This document shows positions 1 to 12,819 of a DNA stretch of 64,000 bases, piece after piece (the stretch's first letter is position 1; each line of letters starts with the position of its first letter). The notes under the pieces were generated by a model, which was given only the letters and a program-made list of their open reading frames with translations, made no database searches and had not been told where the DNA came from. Position numbers and translations under genes: made by a program. The stretch is from an uncultured delta proteobacterium. GTDB taxonomy: Bacteria > Myxococcota_A > Polyangia > Fen-1088. The stretch is from the NCBI GenBank assembly GCA_963767925.1, contig CAVYGB010000008.1:1216001-1280000 (forward strand). Direction: 5' to 3'.

Positions 1-536
1 TCATGGACGCGGCGATCTTCTCCCGGGAGCCCTTCGGCGCCCTGACCTCGGGTGAGGCGCTCGATATCTTCAGCGTGCGCCCGGCCACCGCCAACACCCA
101 GATCGACGAGGCCCGCATCGCCGGGATCCGCCGCGACCTGGAAAACGTCCTCGCCGGCCGGATCGCGGTCGAGTCCCTGGTGGCCTCCCGGGCGGCCTCC
201 ACGGTGTCGATGTTCGCCCGCTCCCGGCCGGAGGTGCCACCCACCGAGGTCAAGGTGGACAACGAGATCAGCCGGGACTTCACCGTGATCGACGTGTTCA
301 CCGAGGACCGGCCCGGCGTGCTTTACACCATCGCCCACGTGTTGCACGAGCAGGGCCTGGACATCCACCGCTCGAAGGTCGGGGTCGAGGCCGATCGGGT
401 CGCGGACATCTTCTACGTTCGGGGCGAGCAGACCAACGGCAAGGTGCTGGATCCAGCGCGCATCGTCGCCATCCGGGAGGCGCTCATCGGCGCCCTGCCG
501 GGCAGCCGCAAAGAGGCGCGCGCGGCCGCCGTTTGA
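1..536 (+). CDS. glnD: PII uridylyltransferase GlnD, C-terminal ACT domain (5'-truncated by window edge)
   Basis: VKVDNEISRDFTVIDVFTEDRPGVLYTIAHVLHEQGLDIHRSKVGVEADRVADIFYV matches the terminal ACT domain of GlnD. Confidence 0.85.
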   Translation, partial: MDAAIFSREPFGALTSGEALDIFSVRPATANTQIDEARIAGIRRDLENVLAGRIAVESLVASRAASTVSMFARSRPEVPPTEVKVDNEISRDFTVIDVFTEDRPGVLYTIAHVLHEQGLDIHRSKVGVEADRVADIFYVRGEQTNGKVLDPARIVAIREALIGALPGSRKEARAAAV

Positions 537-541
537 GCGGT

Positions 542-1633
542 ATGAATCGGGGGATGATGTCGCCCGCGCGCGTGCTCGCCGCCCTCCTGCTCCTGGTGGC
601 CCCGGCCGCCCGGGCCGCCCCGCCCGGCCCCTCCCCGGCCGAGGCCCAGCTCGAGCGGGGGCAACGGCTGTTCGAGCGCGGAGACCTGCCGGGGGCCCTC
701 GTCGCCTTCGAGGCGGCGCTCGTGCAGGCCCCCCGGGACCCCCGGGCCCACTACCTGAAGGGGCTGGCCCTGGAGAAGAAGGGCGACGTGGCCCGCGCGG
801 AGGCCGCCTACCGCAAGTCGATAGAGATCGGCCCGCCGCTGCCCGAGGCCCGCAACAACCTGGCCGGCCTGCTGCTGGCCCGGGGCGACCGCGCGGGCGC
901 CGAGCGAGAGTTCACCGCCGTCACCCGGGCCAACCCCCGCTACGCCGATGCGTTCTTCAACCTCGGCGTGCTGCACGATCAGAACGGGCGCCACCCCGAG
1001 GCGGTGGCCGCCTACCGCCAGGCCACCCGCCTGAAGCCGGAGGACGTCTCTTACCGGCTGAACCTGGGAGCGGCGCTCAGGCGCAGCGGCGATCTGGACG
1101 GGGCCCTGCTGGAGGTGCGCCGGGCGACCGAGCTCGGGCCCACCAGCGGCCCGGCCTGGGCGAACCTGGGGCTGCTCCTCTCGGACAAGCAGAGCCTCGA
1201 CCAGGCCCGGGAGGCGCTGGCCAAGGCCACCAAGCTGGAGCCCACCTACGCCGTGGCCTGGGCCGGGCTCGGCCGGGTCGAGCTGCGCCGCAAGCAAGCG
1301 GGGGCGGCCGTGACGGCCCTGGTGCGGGCCCGCCAGCTCGACCCCCGCAACGTCACCTTCGCCACCGACCTGTGCCGGGCGGAGGTGGCCCGCGACGCCA
1401 CCGGCCCGGCGGGAACCCGCACCTGCCGGGCGGCGCTCGAGCTCGACGCGAGCAACCCTCTGGCCCGTTACATGCTGGGCAAGACGCTGGTCGCGCGGGG
1501 CGAGTGCCCGGCGGCCAGGACCGAGCTGGAGCGGTTCCTGACCCTCTCGGGCGTCAAGGACGAGGCCCGGACGGGAGCCCGGACCCTGCTCGCTACCTGT
1601 CGTCCGGGCGTGAAGCAGTCACCCCCGCCGTGA
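542..1633 (+). CDS. Exported tetratricopeptide-repeat protein
   Basis: Signal peptide (VLAALLLLVAPAARA) followed by serial TPR units (AHYLKGLAL, ARNNLAGLL, AFFNLGVL, AWANLGLLL). Confidence 0.85.
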   Translation: MNRGMMSPARVLAALLLLVAPAARAAPPGPSPAEAQLERGQRLFERGDLPGALVAFEAALVQAPRDPRAHYLKGLALEKKGDVARAEAAYRKSIEIGPPLPEARNNLAGLLLARGDRAGAEREFTAVTRANPRYADAFFNLGVLHDQNGRHPEAVAAYRQATRLKPEDVSYRLNLGAALRRSGDLDGALLEVRRATELGPTSGPAWANLGLLLSDKQSLDQAREALAKATKLEPTYAVAWAGLGRVELRRKQAGAAVTALVRARQLDPRNVTFATDLCRAEVARDATGPAGTRTCRAALELDASNPLARYMLGKTLVARGECPAARTELERFLTLSGVKDEARTGARTLLATCRPGVKQSPPP

Positions 1634-3828
1634 CCGGCCGCTCGCTCTCGGTCACCCCCAGCTCGGTGAGCACGAAGGCCATCACGAAGGCGTTCTCGCG
1701 CAGCCGCTCATAGCGCCCCGACTTGCCGCCGTGGCCGGCCGGATCGAGGTCCATGCTCAGCAGCAGCGGGTTCGCGTCGGTCTTGGTGGACCGGAGCCGG
1801 GCCACCCACTTGGCCGGCTCGAAGTACATGACCTGGCTGTCGTTGTAGGCCGACTTGATCAGTAGGCTGGGGTAGGCCCGGGCGGTGACGTTGTCGTAGG
1901 GGCTATAGCTGGCCATGTATTCGTAGTGGGTCCGGTCGCGGGGGTTGCCCCACTCCTCGAACTCGCCAACCGTGAGGGGGAGGGTCTCGTCGAGCATGGT
2001 GTTGAGCACGTCGACGAACGGGACGTGGGCCACCGCCACCTTGAAGAGGGCGGGGCTCATGTTGAGGACCGCCCCGATGAGCAGGCCGCCGGCGCTGCCG
2101 CCGCTGATGGCCAGCCGGTCGGGGGCGGTGTATTGCTCGGCCACCAGCAACTCGGCGCAGGTGATGAAGTCGGTGAAGGTGTTCCGCTTGTTCAGCATGC
2201 GGCCGCCGTCGTGCCACTTCTTGCCGAACTCGCCGCCCCCCCGCACGTGGGCGATGGCGACGGTGACGCCCCGGTCGACGAGGGAGAAGCGGTTCGAATC
2301 GAAGGAGACCTCCGAGGGAATCCCGTAGGCCCCGTAGGCCCCGAGGTGGAGGGGGGCCCGGCCGTCGCGGGGCACCCCTCGCCGGGAGAGGATCGAGATG
2401 GGGATGGGCGTCCCATCGGCGGCGGTGGCGAACCGCCGCTCCTGCTGGTAGCGGCCGGGGTCGTACCCGCCCAGCACCTCGGTGCGCTTGAGCAGGGTGC
2501 GCCGCCCGCTCTTCACCTCCTCCTCGAACACCGACTCGGGCGTCACGAAGGAGGTGGTGCGGTAGCGGTAGCGAGCGGTGGTGAACTCGGGGTTGGCGTG
2601 CGGAGACAGGCTGTAGACCGGCTCGCCCGTGCCGATGGCGCGGCTGGTCGCCGTCGCGGAAGCTGTTGAGCTGCAGGGCGGGCAGGCCTTCGCGCCGCTC
2701 GTAGAGCACGTAGAAGTCCCGGAAGACCTCGATCCCCGACAGCATCACGTCGTCCCGGTGGGGGACCAGCTCCTTCCACTTGTCCCGATCGGGTGCGGTG
2801 GTGGGGGCGGTGACGAGGCGGAAGTTGCGTCCCTGGTCGTTGCTGCGAATGTAAAACAGGTCGTCGCGGTGATCGACGCTGTACTCCTGATCCTGGACCC
2901 GGGGGGCGATCAGGCGCAGCTCGCCCCGGGGGCTGCCCGAGGGCAGGTAGCGGACCTCGCTGGTGGTCTGGCTCTGCGACGAGACGAGCAGGAACTTGTC
3001 GCTGCGGGTGCGGGAGACCCGGAGGTTGAACCTCTCGTCGGCCTCCTCGTAGACGAGGTCGTCCTTCTCCGCGTCGGTCCCCAGGCTGTGCCGCCACAGC
3101 CGGTAGGGCCGCTTGGTCTGGGGCTCCTCGGAGACGTAGAACAGGGTGCGCCCGTCGTCCGCCCACTGCACCGTCGTGACCCCGGTCCGCCGGTCGGGCA
3201 GCACCTTGCCGCTGCGGATGTCCTTGACGAAGAGGGTGTAGACCCGAAACCCGGTGGTATCGAGGGTGTAGGCCAGCTTGCGCCCGTCGAGGGAGACCTC
3301 GGTGGCGCCGACGCCCACGAACTTCTCGGTCCGGCCGATCTCGTTGGGATCGAGCAGCACCTGCTCGGGCGCGCTGTCTCTGCCCCGCTTGCGGGCCCGC
3401 AGGGGGTATTGCTTGCCCTCCTCGGTGCGAGAGTAGTAGAGGTACCCGCGGTGACGAACCGGGACCGAGAGGTCCGTCTGCTTGATGCGGGCGAGCATCT
3501 CGGCGTAAAGCGCGTTCTGCAGGGGGAGGGTGGGGCGCATGATCGCCTCGGTGTAGGCGTTCTCGGCCCGCAGGTAGTCAAGCACCTCAGGGGTGTCCTT
3601 GCGGCGGAGCCAGGCGTAGTCGTCGACCCGGCGGTAGCCGTGGAGCAGCTCCTCCTTTGGCTCGCGCCGGGCGGTGGGGGGAGCGGGAATGGCTCCCCGG
3701 GTCTCGGAGGGCGTGGAGGGGATGCCGGCGCCGGCGCAGCCCGCGCCCACCAGCGTGGCGAGGGCCAGCGAGAGCGCCCGGATCGACTCGACACCCCGGC
3801 GACCCGGGAGAAAACGCTGCGAGGACAT
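1593..3828 (-). CDS. ptrB: Oligopeptidase B (S9A prolyl oligopeptidase family), probable lipoprotein; frameshift near 2640
   Basis: N-terminal HGYRRVDDYAWLR...YLRAENAYT; catalytic GGSAGG, YND and AGHGGKSGRY motifs; lipobox-like GAGC; split over ORFs 1903..4230 and 1593..2546. Confidence 0.9.
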
Positions 3829-3998
3829 GGCCCGGACGCTACGCGCACCCCGGCAGGCTCGCAAGCCGCCCCGGCAGGCCCGGACGATCGGATTGCCCGC
3901 GCGCGCTCGCGCGCCGGGCGCGGACGGATCGACGTTGCCGGCGTTTGCGCGTCGCGCGGCCCTTGAACCCCCCGCGTACGCTCGGCTAATCTCCCGAG

Positions 3999-5475
<1,477 letters not shown>

Positions 5476-5479
<4 letters not shown>

Positions 5480-7024
5480 GCAACTCCGTCCTCATCCTCG
5501 ACTTCGGCTCGCAGTACACCCAGCTCATCGCCCGCCGGGTTCGCGAGCAGACGGTCTACTCCGAGATCCACCCCTTCAACCTGTCTGTCGAGCGCATCCG
5601 GGCGCTCGCGCCGGCCGGGCATCATCCTCTCGGGCGGGCCCTCGTCGGTCTACGACGAGGACGCGCCGCCGGTCTCGCCGGAGCTGTTTTCGGTGGGCGT
5701 GCCGATCCTCGGCATCTGTTACGGCGTCCAGCTCGCCGCCACGTGCTGGGCGGCAAGGTGACCGCCAGCAGCCACCGCGAGTACGGGCGAGCGCAGGTGC
5801 CGTTTGGAGGGCGGGGTCGGAGCTGTTCGCGGGCTTTCAAGCCGGGCGAGGAGCTCTCGGTCTGGATGAGCCACGGCGATCGGGTCGAGGCCCTGCCCCC
5901 GGGCTTTCAGGTGGTGGGCACCAACCCCAGCTGCCCGCCGCGGCCGTCGAGGCCCCCCAGCGTCGCATTCTGGGGCGTGCAGTTCCACCCCGAGGTGGTG
6001 CACACCCCGCGCGGCGGCGAGATCCTGTCGAACTTCCTGTTCCGCATCTGCGGCTGCCAGCCGACCTGGACGATGGCCGGCTTCGTCGACGAGGCGGTGG
6101 CGGCGGTCCGCCGCCAGGTCGGGAGCGGGCGGGCGGTCTGCGGGCTGTCCGGCGGGGTCGACTCGTCGGTGGCCGCCGCCCTCGTCCACCGGGCCATCGG
6201 CGATCGTCTGACCTGCATCTTCGTCGACAACGGCCTGCTGCGGGCGGGCGAGCCGGCCCAGGTCGAGTCGCTGTTCCGGGACGCCTTCAAGATGGACCTG
6301 CGGGTGGTCGACGCCGCCGAGCCGCTTTCTGGAGAAGCTGGCCGGGGTCAGACCGACCCCGAGACAAAGCGCAAGATCATCGGCTACGAGTTCATCGCCG
6401 TGTTCGAGGAGGAGGCCCGGCGCGTCGGCGGCGCCGACTTCCTGGTGCAGGGGACCCTCTATCCCGACGTGATCGAGTCGGTCTCGCACAAGGGCCCTTC
6501 GGCCACCATCAAGTCGCACCACAACGTCGGCGGCCTGCCCGAGAAGATGCATCTCAAGCTGGTCGAGCCGCTGCGCGAGCTGTTCAAGGACGAGGTGCGC
6601 GTCGCTGGGCGAGGAGCTGGGCCTGCCCCGGCACGTGTTGTGGCGGCAGCCGTTCCCCGGACCCGGGCTGGCGGTGCGGGTGCTGGGCGAGGTGACCCGC
6701 GAGCGCTGCGACCTGCTGCGCGCCGCCGACACGATCATCGACGAGGAGATCCGCAGCGCCGGGCTCTACGAGTCGATCTGGCAGTCCTTCGGCGTGCTGC
6801 TGCCGATCCGCACCGTCGGGGTGATGGGGGACGACCGCACCTACGCCAACGCGCTGGCGCTGCGGGCGGTGCACTCGCGCGACGGCATGACCGCCGACTG
6901 GGTCCCGCTGCCCTACGAGGTGCTCGGGCGCATCAGCTCGCGCATCGTCAACGAGGTGCGCGGCATCAACCGCGTGGTCTACGACATCACGTCGAAGCCG
7001 CCCGGCACCATCGAGTGGGAGTGA
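5476..7024 (+). CDS. guaA: GMP synthase, glutamine-hydrolysing (several frameshifts; start codon reads ATA)
   Basis: [61 protein letters not shown]. Confidence 0.95.
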
Positions 7025-7689
7025 AGCGCGCCAGCCAGCGGCCCGCGGGCGTCCGGCGCTTGGCCCTGGCGCTGCTGCTGGGTATCTGCGCCGCCCCGGT
7101 CCAGGCCGCCGAGGACGCACTGGTCCGCCCGCTGGGGGCGGGCGAGGTGGACTGGGGGCGCGGGCTGGTGCGGGTGCGGGCCGGAGCGGCCGCCGACCTG
7201 CGCATGCCCGGGCCGGACGCCGCCCGGGCCGATGCCCAGCGGCGAGCCCGCAACCGGGCCCAGGAGCTGCTGCGCGAGGTGCTCGCGGATCTGCCGCTGG
7301 GACCGGGGCGGAAGCTGTCGAAGGCGGCCGTCGAGGCGGCCGTCGGGCGGGCGCGGATGCCCCCGGTGGACTACCAGTCGAACGGCGGCGTCTTGCTCGC
7401 CCTCGAGCTCGGCTTCGCCGATCTCGATCCGCCCAGGCGTTGGGACAAGGAGCCGCCCCCCGGGCTCAGCGTGGCGGTGACGAGCATGCCCCTGGAGGCC
7501 CGGGCCACCTTGCTGTTCCGCAAGGAGGAGCTCACGACGACCGCGCTCTACCGGCTGGACGACCCGCCCAAGGACGTGGTGCGTGTCCGTCGCGATCGAT
7601 CCGGGCGCCTGGTCCTGCCGGCCGGGACCCTGCCGCCGCCCCCCCAGTCACCGGTGGTCATCTACCTCCGCACGATCGCCCGGCGCTGA
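7021..7689 (+). CDS. Exported hypothetical protein, weakly LPP20-like ([15 protein letters not shown])
   Basis: GTG overlaps the guaA stop (GTGA); signal peptide [19 protein letters not shown]-terminal part of ORF 5227..7689. Confidence 0.6.
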   Translation: MKRASQRPAGVRRLALALLLGICAAPVQAAEDALVRPLGAGEVDWGRGLVRVRAGAAADLRMPGPDAARADAQRRARNRAQELLREVLADLPLGPGRKLSKAAVEAAVGRARMPPVDYQSNGGVLLALELGFADLDPPRRWDKEPPPGLSVAVTSMPLEARATLLFRKEELTTTALYRLDDPPKDVVRVRRDRSGRLVLPAGTLPPPPQSPVVIYLRTIARR

Positions 7690-9207
7690 CCCGGCGGGGG
7701 ACCCCGCGGCGAGCTGGTCCAGCCGGCGGCGAACCGCGGCCCGATCCGGATCGAGGGCGAGCGCCGAGGCGTAGGCCGCCCGGGCGGCGGCCAGGTCGCC
7801 GCGGCGGTCGGCGAGGCGCCCCAGCCCGGCCCAGGCGGCGGGTGAGGGGAGCAGCGCGAGGCTCCGGCGATATTCGGCGGCGGCCGCCTCGGGGTGGCCG
7901 AGCCGCTCTTCCAGCCGGCCGAGGGCGTTGCGCAGGCGGGGGCCATCCCGCCCCAGGAACTGCAGGCGGTCGGCGGCAACCCGCGCCCGGGCCAGGTCCG
8001 AGGCGGCGACCGCCCGGCGATGCCCGACCTCCTTCTCCCAGGCGATCCCGAGCCAGCAGACGAGGGAGAACACCCCCGCGCTCACCAGGGCCCCGATGGC
8101 CAGCGCGGGCAGCGGCCGGCCCTCGCCGTCGGGAGCGGCGGCCAGCGGGTCGCCCGCGACGAGGACCCGCCCGATCGCTGGGTCGCGCAGCTTCCAGATC
8201 GCCCCGTCGAGCACGAAGTGGTGCAGGTTGACCGCCGCCGCCACGAGCAAGCCCAGGCCAGCCTCGAAGGGGACCCGGCCGAAGGCGCCAGGGGCGAAGG
8301 CCAGCGCGGGCAGGACCCAGATCCCGGCCCCCGCCAGCAAGACCCGACCGCCCCAGAGCGGGCCGGGCTCGCTCCGGGCGAGATGGCGCGAGATCCAGAG
8401 GTACTGGACGCTGTGGGCGATCGCGATCCAGACGAAGGCGGCGCCAGCGCCCAGCGCTTCGAGCAGACCGGGCCGGGCCAGGTGGGCGACGGCGGCCGGG
8501 ACGGCGAACCAGAGGCTCTGGGTCAGCAGCAGCGCGCCCACCGGCAGGAGGGCCCGCCCGCTCACCCTCCGGAGCGTCCAGCCGAGCAGACCCAGGACGA
8601 CGAGATAGGCCGAGGCCAGCAGGGGAAAGGCCACCCCGGCCAGCGCCTCGGGGATGCCGAGCGGGACGAAGTGGTACGCCCCGCCGGGGTCGAACATCGG
8701 GTCGCTCCCGACCACGCCCCGGACCCGGTGGAAGTTGAGCAGCGTCAATGCCGTCGAGAGCCCGAAGCTGGCGAGGAGCAGGCGCCGCGCCCGTGGGGAG
8801 GGGCGGGCGCCCGCCCGGCCGAGGAACATGAGGGTCAGCCCGAAGTTCTGCCCGGCGTAGTGCCAGGGGCTCCAGCTCAGGTACAGCGTGATGAGCAAGC
8901 AGCCGAGCCAGGGCTGGAAGGCCGCCACGACGAAGGCCCCCCAGACGAGGGCGCTCAGGTAGGTGCCGTGGAGGGCGTAGCGCTGGCGGCTGGCCGTGCT
9001 CCCATAGGCCCGGACAAGGGTGGCCCCGTAGTGGGGCACGCCGGTCAGGAGGATCAGCAGCGGAAGGAAGGGCCCCAGCCCGGTCATCTCCGGCCGCGCG
9101 AACAGCAGGATCGCGACAAGCAGCAGGTAGCCGATCCCGCATCCGAGCAGCAGATCGGGCGCCGGACCCGCCAGCCAGGGACGCCGCGCGACCGCGGGGA
9201 GCGACAT
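7648..9207 (-). CDS. Polytopic membrane protein with four His motifs and C-terminal TPRs
   Basis: About 10 hydrophobic segments; PHYGAT, WHYAGQ, HSVQY, HHFVLDGAIW; TPR-like tail (LRNALGRL...AWAGLGRL). Confidence 0.8.
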   Translation of the reverse strand: MSLPAVARRPWLAGPAPDLLLGCGIGYLLLVAILLFARPEMTGLGPFLPLLILLTGVPHYGATLVRAYGSTASRQRYALHGTYLSALVWGAFVVAAFQPWLGCLLITLYLSWSPWHYAGQNFGLTLMFLGRAGARPSPRARRLLLASFGLSTALTLLNFHRVRGVVGSDPMFDPGGAYHFVPLGIPEALAGVAFPLLASAYLVVLGLLGWTLRRVSGRALLPVGALLLTQSLWFAVPAAVAHLARPGLLEALGAGAAFVWIAIAHSVQYLWISRHLARSEPGPLWGGRVLLAGAGIWVLPALAFAPGAFGRVPFEAGLGLLVAAAVNLHHFVLDGAIWKLRDPAIGRVLVAGDPLAAAPDGEGRPLPALAIGALVSAGVFSLVCWLGIAWEKEVGHRRAVAASDLARARVAADRLQFLGRDGPRLRNALGRLEERLGHPEAAAAEYRRSLALLPSPAAWAGLGRLADRRGDLAAARAAYASALALDPDRAAVRRRLDQLAAGSPAGSAPGDRAEVDDHR

Positions 9208-9263
9208 GCCAACAGTCTACTCAGGCCAGCGCCGGGAGGGTCGACCGGATTCCCGACCGGCTC

Positions 9264-9707
9264 TCAACGTCCCGGGTCGACCGCGTCGGGCAGCTCGTTC
9301 TTGTCGCCGGGCAGCGGTGGGAACAACGGCGCCAGGCGCTGGGTCAGCGCGTCCACCGCTTCGACGAGCCCCTCGGTGTAGCGGCCGGCCCGGAAGGCCG
9401 CGGTCAGCCGCTCCACCACGCTGGACCAGAGCGAGGGGTCGACCTTGCTGGTGATGCCTTCGTCGGCGAGCACCACCACCCGGCGGCGCCAGGGCGCGAT
9501 CAGCAGGAGGATGCCCGTGCGTCGCGCGGTGGCGGTCATGCCCAGCCGCTGGAAAGCCTTCTCCGCCAGGCGCTGGGGGTCTCCCCAGAACAGCCCGGCG
9601 ATGGAGATGCGCAGCTCGATGGCGCTGGCCCGCTCGGCCCGCTGGATCGCCGCCTCGACCTGACGAAGGTCGAGCCGCGACAGGAGCCTCCGGCGCGTCA
9701 TCACCAT
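9264..9707 (-). CDS. TPM-domain protein (short type)
   Basis: VEAAIQRAERAS, AEKAFQRLGMTATARRTGILL, DKNELPD; third gene of a lemA-TPM-TPM operon. Confidence 0.85.
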   Translation of the reverse strand: MVMTRRRLLSRLDLRQVEAAIQRAERASAIELRISIAGLFWGDPQRLAEKAFQRLGMTATARRTGILLLIAPWRRRVVVLADEGITSKVDPSLWSSVVERLTAAFRAGRYTEGLVEAVDALTQRLAPLFPPLPGDKNELPDAVDPGR

Positions 9708-10498
9708 GACCCCGAGGCGCCGCCGCCGCCCGAACGGCCGCCCCCGCCGCCCCAGCCGCCACCCCCGCCGCTCCAGCCACCCCCGCCGCCCCCGCGGCCG
9801 CCCGATCCCAGGCTCATCAACAGGTACACCGCCAGCGAGGGGTTGGTCAGGAACAGGATGAGGAACACGACCCCCACGATCCCGAACAGGATCAGCGAGC
9901 CCCGGCTGCGCTGCCGCTCGCCGGCCGCCGGCTGCGCGCGCTCGTCGGCTCCCCGGTCCGCCTCTCCCCCGATCGCCGCCAGCACGCGATCCACCGCGGC
10001 CGTGACGGCGCCGTCCCGGTTTTCGCGCTGCAGGCGGGGGACCATCTCGTCGCGGATGATGCGCGCGGCCCGCAGGTCGGTCAGGCGATCCTCGAGCCCG
10101 TAGCCGACCTCGATCCGGACCTGTCGATCCTGGGCGAAGACGAAGATCGCCGCCCCGTCGTCGAGCCCCTTGCGGCCCACTCCCCAGGCCTCGAAGGTGC
10201 GGGCGGCCCAGTCCTCCAGGGACTGGTTGCCCAGGCTGGCCCCGATCCAGACGATCACCTGGTGACCGCCGCTCGAACGTTCGAACGCCTCCAGCCGCCG
10301 GTCGAGAGCATCCCGCGTTCCCGGCGAGAGAAACCCCACCGGATCGGTCACCCAGCGGACGGGCGCCGGCGGCGGGGTCGCCAGCTCCTGCGCCCCCGAG
10401 GCTCCTGGCAGGGCCGCCGCTGCCGCCATCAGCAGCAGGGCCGCCGCCGCCCGGCCCACCCGCGCTCCGGACATCGGATGCCGCCTGATCAGCGCCAC
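9701..10498 (-). CDS. TPM-domain (YgcG-like) membrane protein with Gly-rich tail
   Basis: WGVGRKGLDDG, RIEVGYGLE, C-terminal GGGGGRSGGGGASGSW. Confidence 0.9.
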   Translation of the reverse strand: MALIRRHPMSGARVGRAAAALLLMAAAAALPGASGAQELATPPPAPVRWVTDPVGFLSPGTRDALDRRLEAFERSSGGHQVIVWIGASLGNQSLEDWAARTFEAWGVGRKGLDDGAAIFVFAQDRQVRIEVGYGLEDRLTDLRAARIIRDEMVPRLQRENRDGAVTAAVDRVLAAIGGEADRGADERAQPAAGERQRSRGSLILFGIVGVVFLILFLTNPSLAVYLLMSLGSGGRGGGGGGWSGGGGGWGGGGGRSGGGGASGSW

Positions 10499-10508
10499 CT
10501 CCTCCGGG

Positions 10509-11102
10509 TCAGAACTTGACCTTGGGCGCCACCTCGGACCCCGCCTGGGCCGCGAAGTAGGGCTTCTCCTTGAAGCGTTCGCCCAGCACCGACGCGAAGA
10601 TCACGGTGGGGAAGGTCTGGCGTTTCGTGTTGAAGGCCTGGGCCGCCTGGTTGAAGCGCATGCGCTCGACCGAGATGCGGTTCTCGCTGCCTTCGAGCTG
10701 GGCTTGCAGATCCCGGAAGGCGGCGGTCGCCTTGAGATCCGGGTAGCGCTCCGACACGACCATCAGGCGCGACAGCGCACCCGACAGCCCTTCCTGGGCC
10801 TGCTGGAAGCGCTTGAAGGCCTCGGGATCGTTGAGGACCTTGTCGAGGCCCTGGGCCGACACCTGGCCCACGCGCGAGCGCGCCTCGGCCACCGCGGAGA
10901 AGGTGTCCTTCTCGAAGTTGGCGGCGCCCTTGACCGTCTCCACCAGGTTGGGGATCAGATCCGCCCGTCGCTGGTAGGCGTTTTCGACCTGGCCCCACTG
11001 CGCCCGCACCCCCTGCTCCAGGCCGACGAGAGAGTTGTAGCTGCGCACGCAGCCGAACCCGAGGATGGCAACGACCCCGAGCGCGATGAGTACCTTTTTC
11101 AC
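10509..11102 (-). CDS. lemA: LemA family protein
   Basis: QVENAYQRRADLIPNLVETVKG, ERYPDLKA, QLEGSENRISVER. Confidence 0.92.
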   Translation of the reverse strand: MKKVLIALGVVAILGFGCVRSYNSLVGLEQGVRAQWGQVENAYQRRADLIPNLVETVKGAANFEKDTFSAVAEARSRVGQVSAQGLDKVLNDPEAFKRFQQAQEGLSGALSRLMVVSERYPDLKATAAFRDLQAQLEGSENRISVERMRFNQAAQAFNTKRQTFPTVIFASVLGERFKEKPYFAAQAGSEVAPKVKF

Positions 11103-11196
11103 GGGGTCAATGTAAGCACGATTCGCCCCGAGGAAAGTGACGACTTGCGCGACGACCGGGCTCGACCGGTCGGGCCGCCGGCCCTATCGTGCGCGA

Positions 11197-12819
11197 TCAG
11201 TGCAGCCCGGGCGCCTCGTGGCCGCTGCGGGCCACGTATTCGAGGTAGCCGCCGCCGTAGACGATGGGGCCTTCCGGGGTCAGCTCCAGCACCCGGTTGG
11301 AGAGCTGGGCCAGGAACTTCCGGTCGTGGGAGACGAACAGCATCGTCCCGTCGTAGTCGCCCAGCGCCCGCACGATCATCTCCTTGGTGCCCATGTCGAG
11401 GTGGTTGGTGGGCTCGTCGAGGACCAGGAAGTTTGGGCTTGTCGTAGAGGATGCGGGCCAGGACCAGGCGCGCCTTCTCCCCGCCCGAGAGCACGCGGCA
11501 GCTCTTCTCGATGTCGTCGCCGGAGAAGCCGAAACAGCCGGCCAGCGTGCGCAGCGAGCCCATGTTGGCCAGGGGGAAGGCCTCCTCCAGGGTCTGCGAT
11601 GACCGTCTGGTCGGGCGAGAGCAGCTCCATCGAGTGCTGGGCGAAGTAGCCGAGCTTCACGCTGGCGCCCAGGTTGACCGCGCCGCCGTCCGGCTCGGTC
11701 TCGCCCGCCACGAGCTTGAGCAAGGTGGACTTGCCCGCGCCGTTGACCCCCATGATGGCCCAGCGCTCCCGGCGGCGGATCGTGCAGGTCGAGGCCCTGG
11801 TAGATCACCCGGGTTCCGTAGCGCTTGTCGACGCGGGCGAGCTTGATGACGTCTTCGCCCGAACGGGGGCAGGCGGGAAACTCGAAGGTCAGGGTCTTGC
11901 GCCGCTTGGGCGGTTCGACCTTGTCGATCTTGTCGAGCTTCTTGACCCGCGATTGCACCTGGGCGGCCTTGGCCGCCTGGGCCTTGAAGCGCTCGATGAA
12001 CCGCATCTCCTTGGCCAGCATGGCCTGCTGGCGCTGGTAGGCGGCCTCGGCCTGGGCCTCCTGCAGCTCCCGCTGCTTCTCGTAGAAGTCGTAGTTGCCC
12101 GAGTAGCTGGTCAGCACGCCACCGTCGATCTCGATGATGCGGGTGACGATCCGGTTCATGAACTCGCGATCGTGCGAGGTCAGGATGAGCGCGCCTTCGT
12201 AGGCCTTGAGGAAACCCTCCAGCCAGATCAGCGATTCGAGATCGAGGTGGTTGGAGGGCTCGTCGAGCAACATGGCGTCGGGGCGCATCAGCAGGATGCG
12301 AGCCAGCGCCACGCGCATCTTCCACCCGCCCGACAGCTTGCCCACGTCGCCGTCCATCATCTCGCCGGAGAAGCCCAGGCCGGCCAGGATCTCGCGGGCC
12401 CGCGCCTCGAGGGCGTAGCCCCCCAGCTCGTCGAAGCGGGCCTGCACCTCGCCGAAGCGGGCCAGCAGGCGGTCCAGGTCGTCGGCCCGGGCCGGATCGG
12501 CCAGGGCCTCTTCCAGCTGCTTCAGCTCGGCGGCGACCTCGGAGACCTGACCGGCTCCCGCCATCACCTCGGCCACCGCGGGCTGGCCGGTCATCTCGCC
12601 CACGTCCTGGCTGAAGTACCCGATGGTGATGCCGCGATCGAGCGAGATCTGCCCCTCGTCGGGGGACTCCTCCTTCATGATCATCCGGAAGACGGTCGAC
12701 TTGCCGGCCCCGTTGGGGCCCACCAGGCCGACCTTTTCGCCGCGGTAGATGGCCGCCGACGCCTCGACGAAGAGGATCTGGGGACCGTGCTGCTTGCTGA
12801 TCTGGTCGAGGCGAATCAC
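11197..12819 (-). CDS. ABC-F family ATPase (frameshifts around 11430-11790)
   Basis: Two ABC cassettes (GPNGAGKST, LSGGWKMR, LLDEPSNHLD; GVNGAGKST, LSGGEKAR, VLDEPTNHLD), no transmembrane segments, helical linker FIERFKAQAAKAAQVQSR. Confidence 0.92.
   Translation of the reverse strand: MIRLDQISKQHGPQILFVEASAAIYRGEKVGLVGPNGAGKSTVFRMIMKEESPDEGQISLDRGITIGYFSQDVGEMTGQPAVAEVMAGAGQVSEVAAELKQLEEALADPARADDLDRLLARFGEVQARFDELGGYALEARAREILAGLGFSGEMMDGDVGKLSGGWKMRVALARILLMRPDAMLLDEPSNHLDLESLIWLEGFLKAYEGALILTSHDREFMNRIVTRIIEIDGGVLTSYSGNYDFYEKQRELQEAQAEAAYQRQQAMLAKEMRFIERFKAQAAKAAQVQSRVKKLDKIDKVEPPKRRKTLTFEFPACPRSGEDVIKLARVDKRYGTRVIYQGLDLHDPPPGALGHHGGQRRGQVHLAQARGGRDRAGRRRGQPGRQREARLLRPALDGAALARPDGHRRPWRRPSPWPTWARCARWPAVSASPATTSRRAAACSRAGRRRAWSWPASSTTSPNFLVLDEPTNHLDMGTKEMIVRALGDYDGTMLFVSHDRKFLAQLSNRVLELTPEGPIVYGGGYLEYVARSGHEAPGLH

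Noticed and set aside
9705..9805. Repetitive CCG/CCC tract
   Set aside because: Encodes the normal Gly-rich tail of TPM/YgcG proteins.
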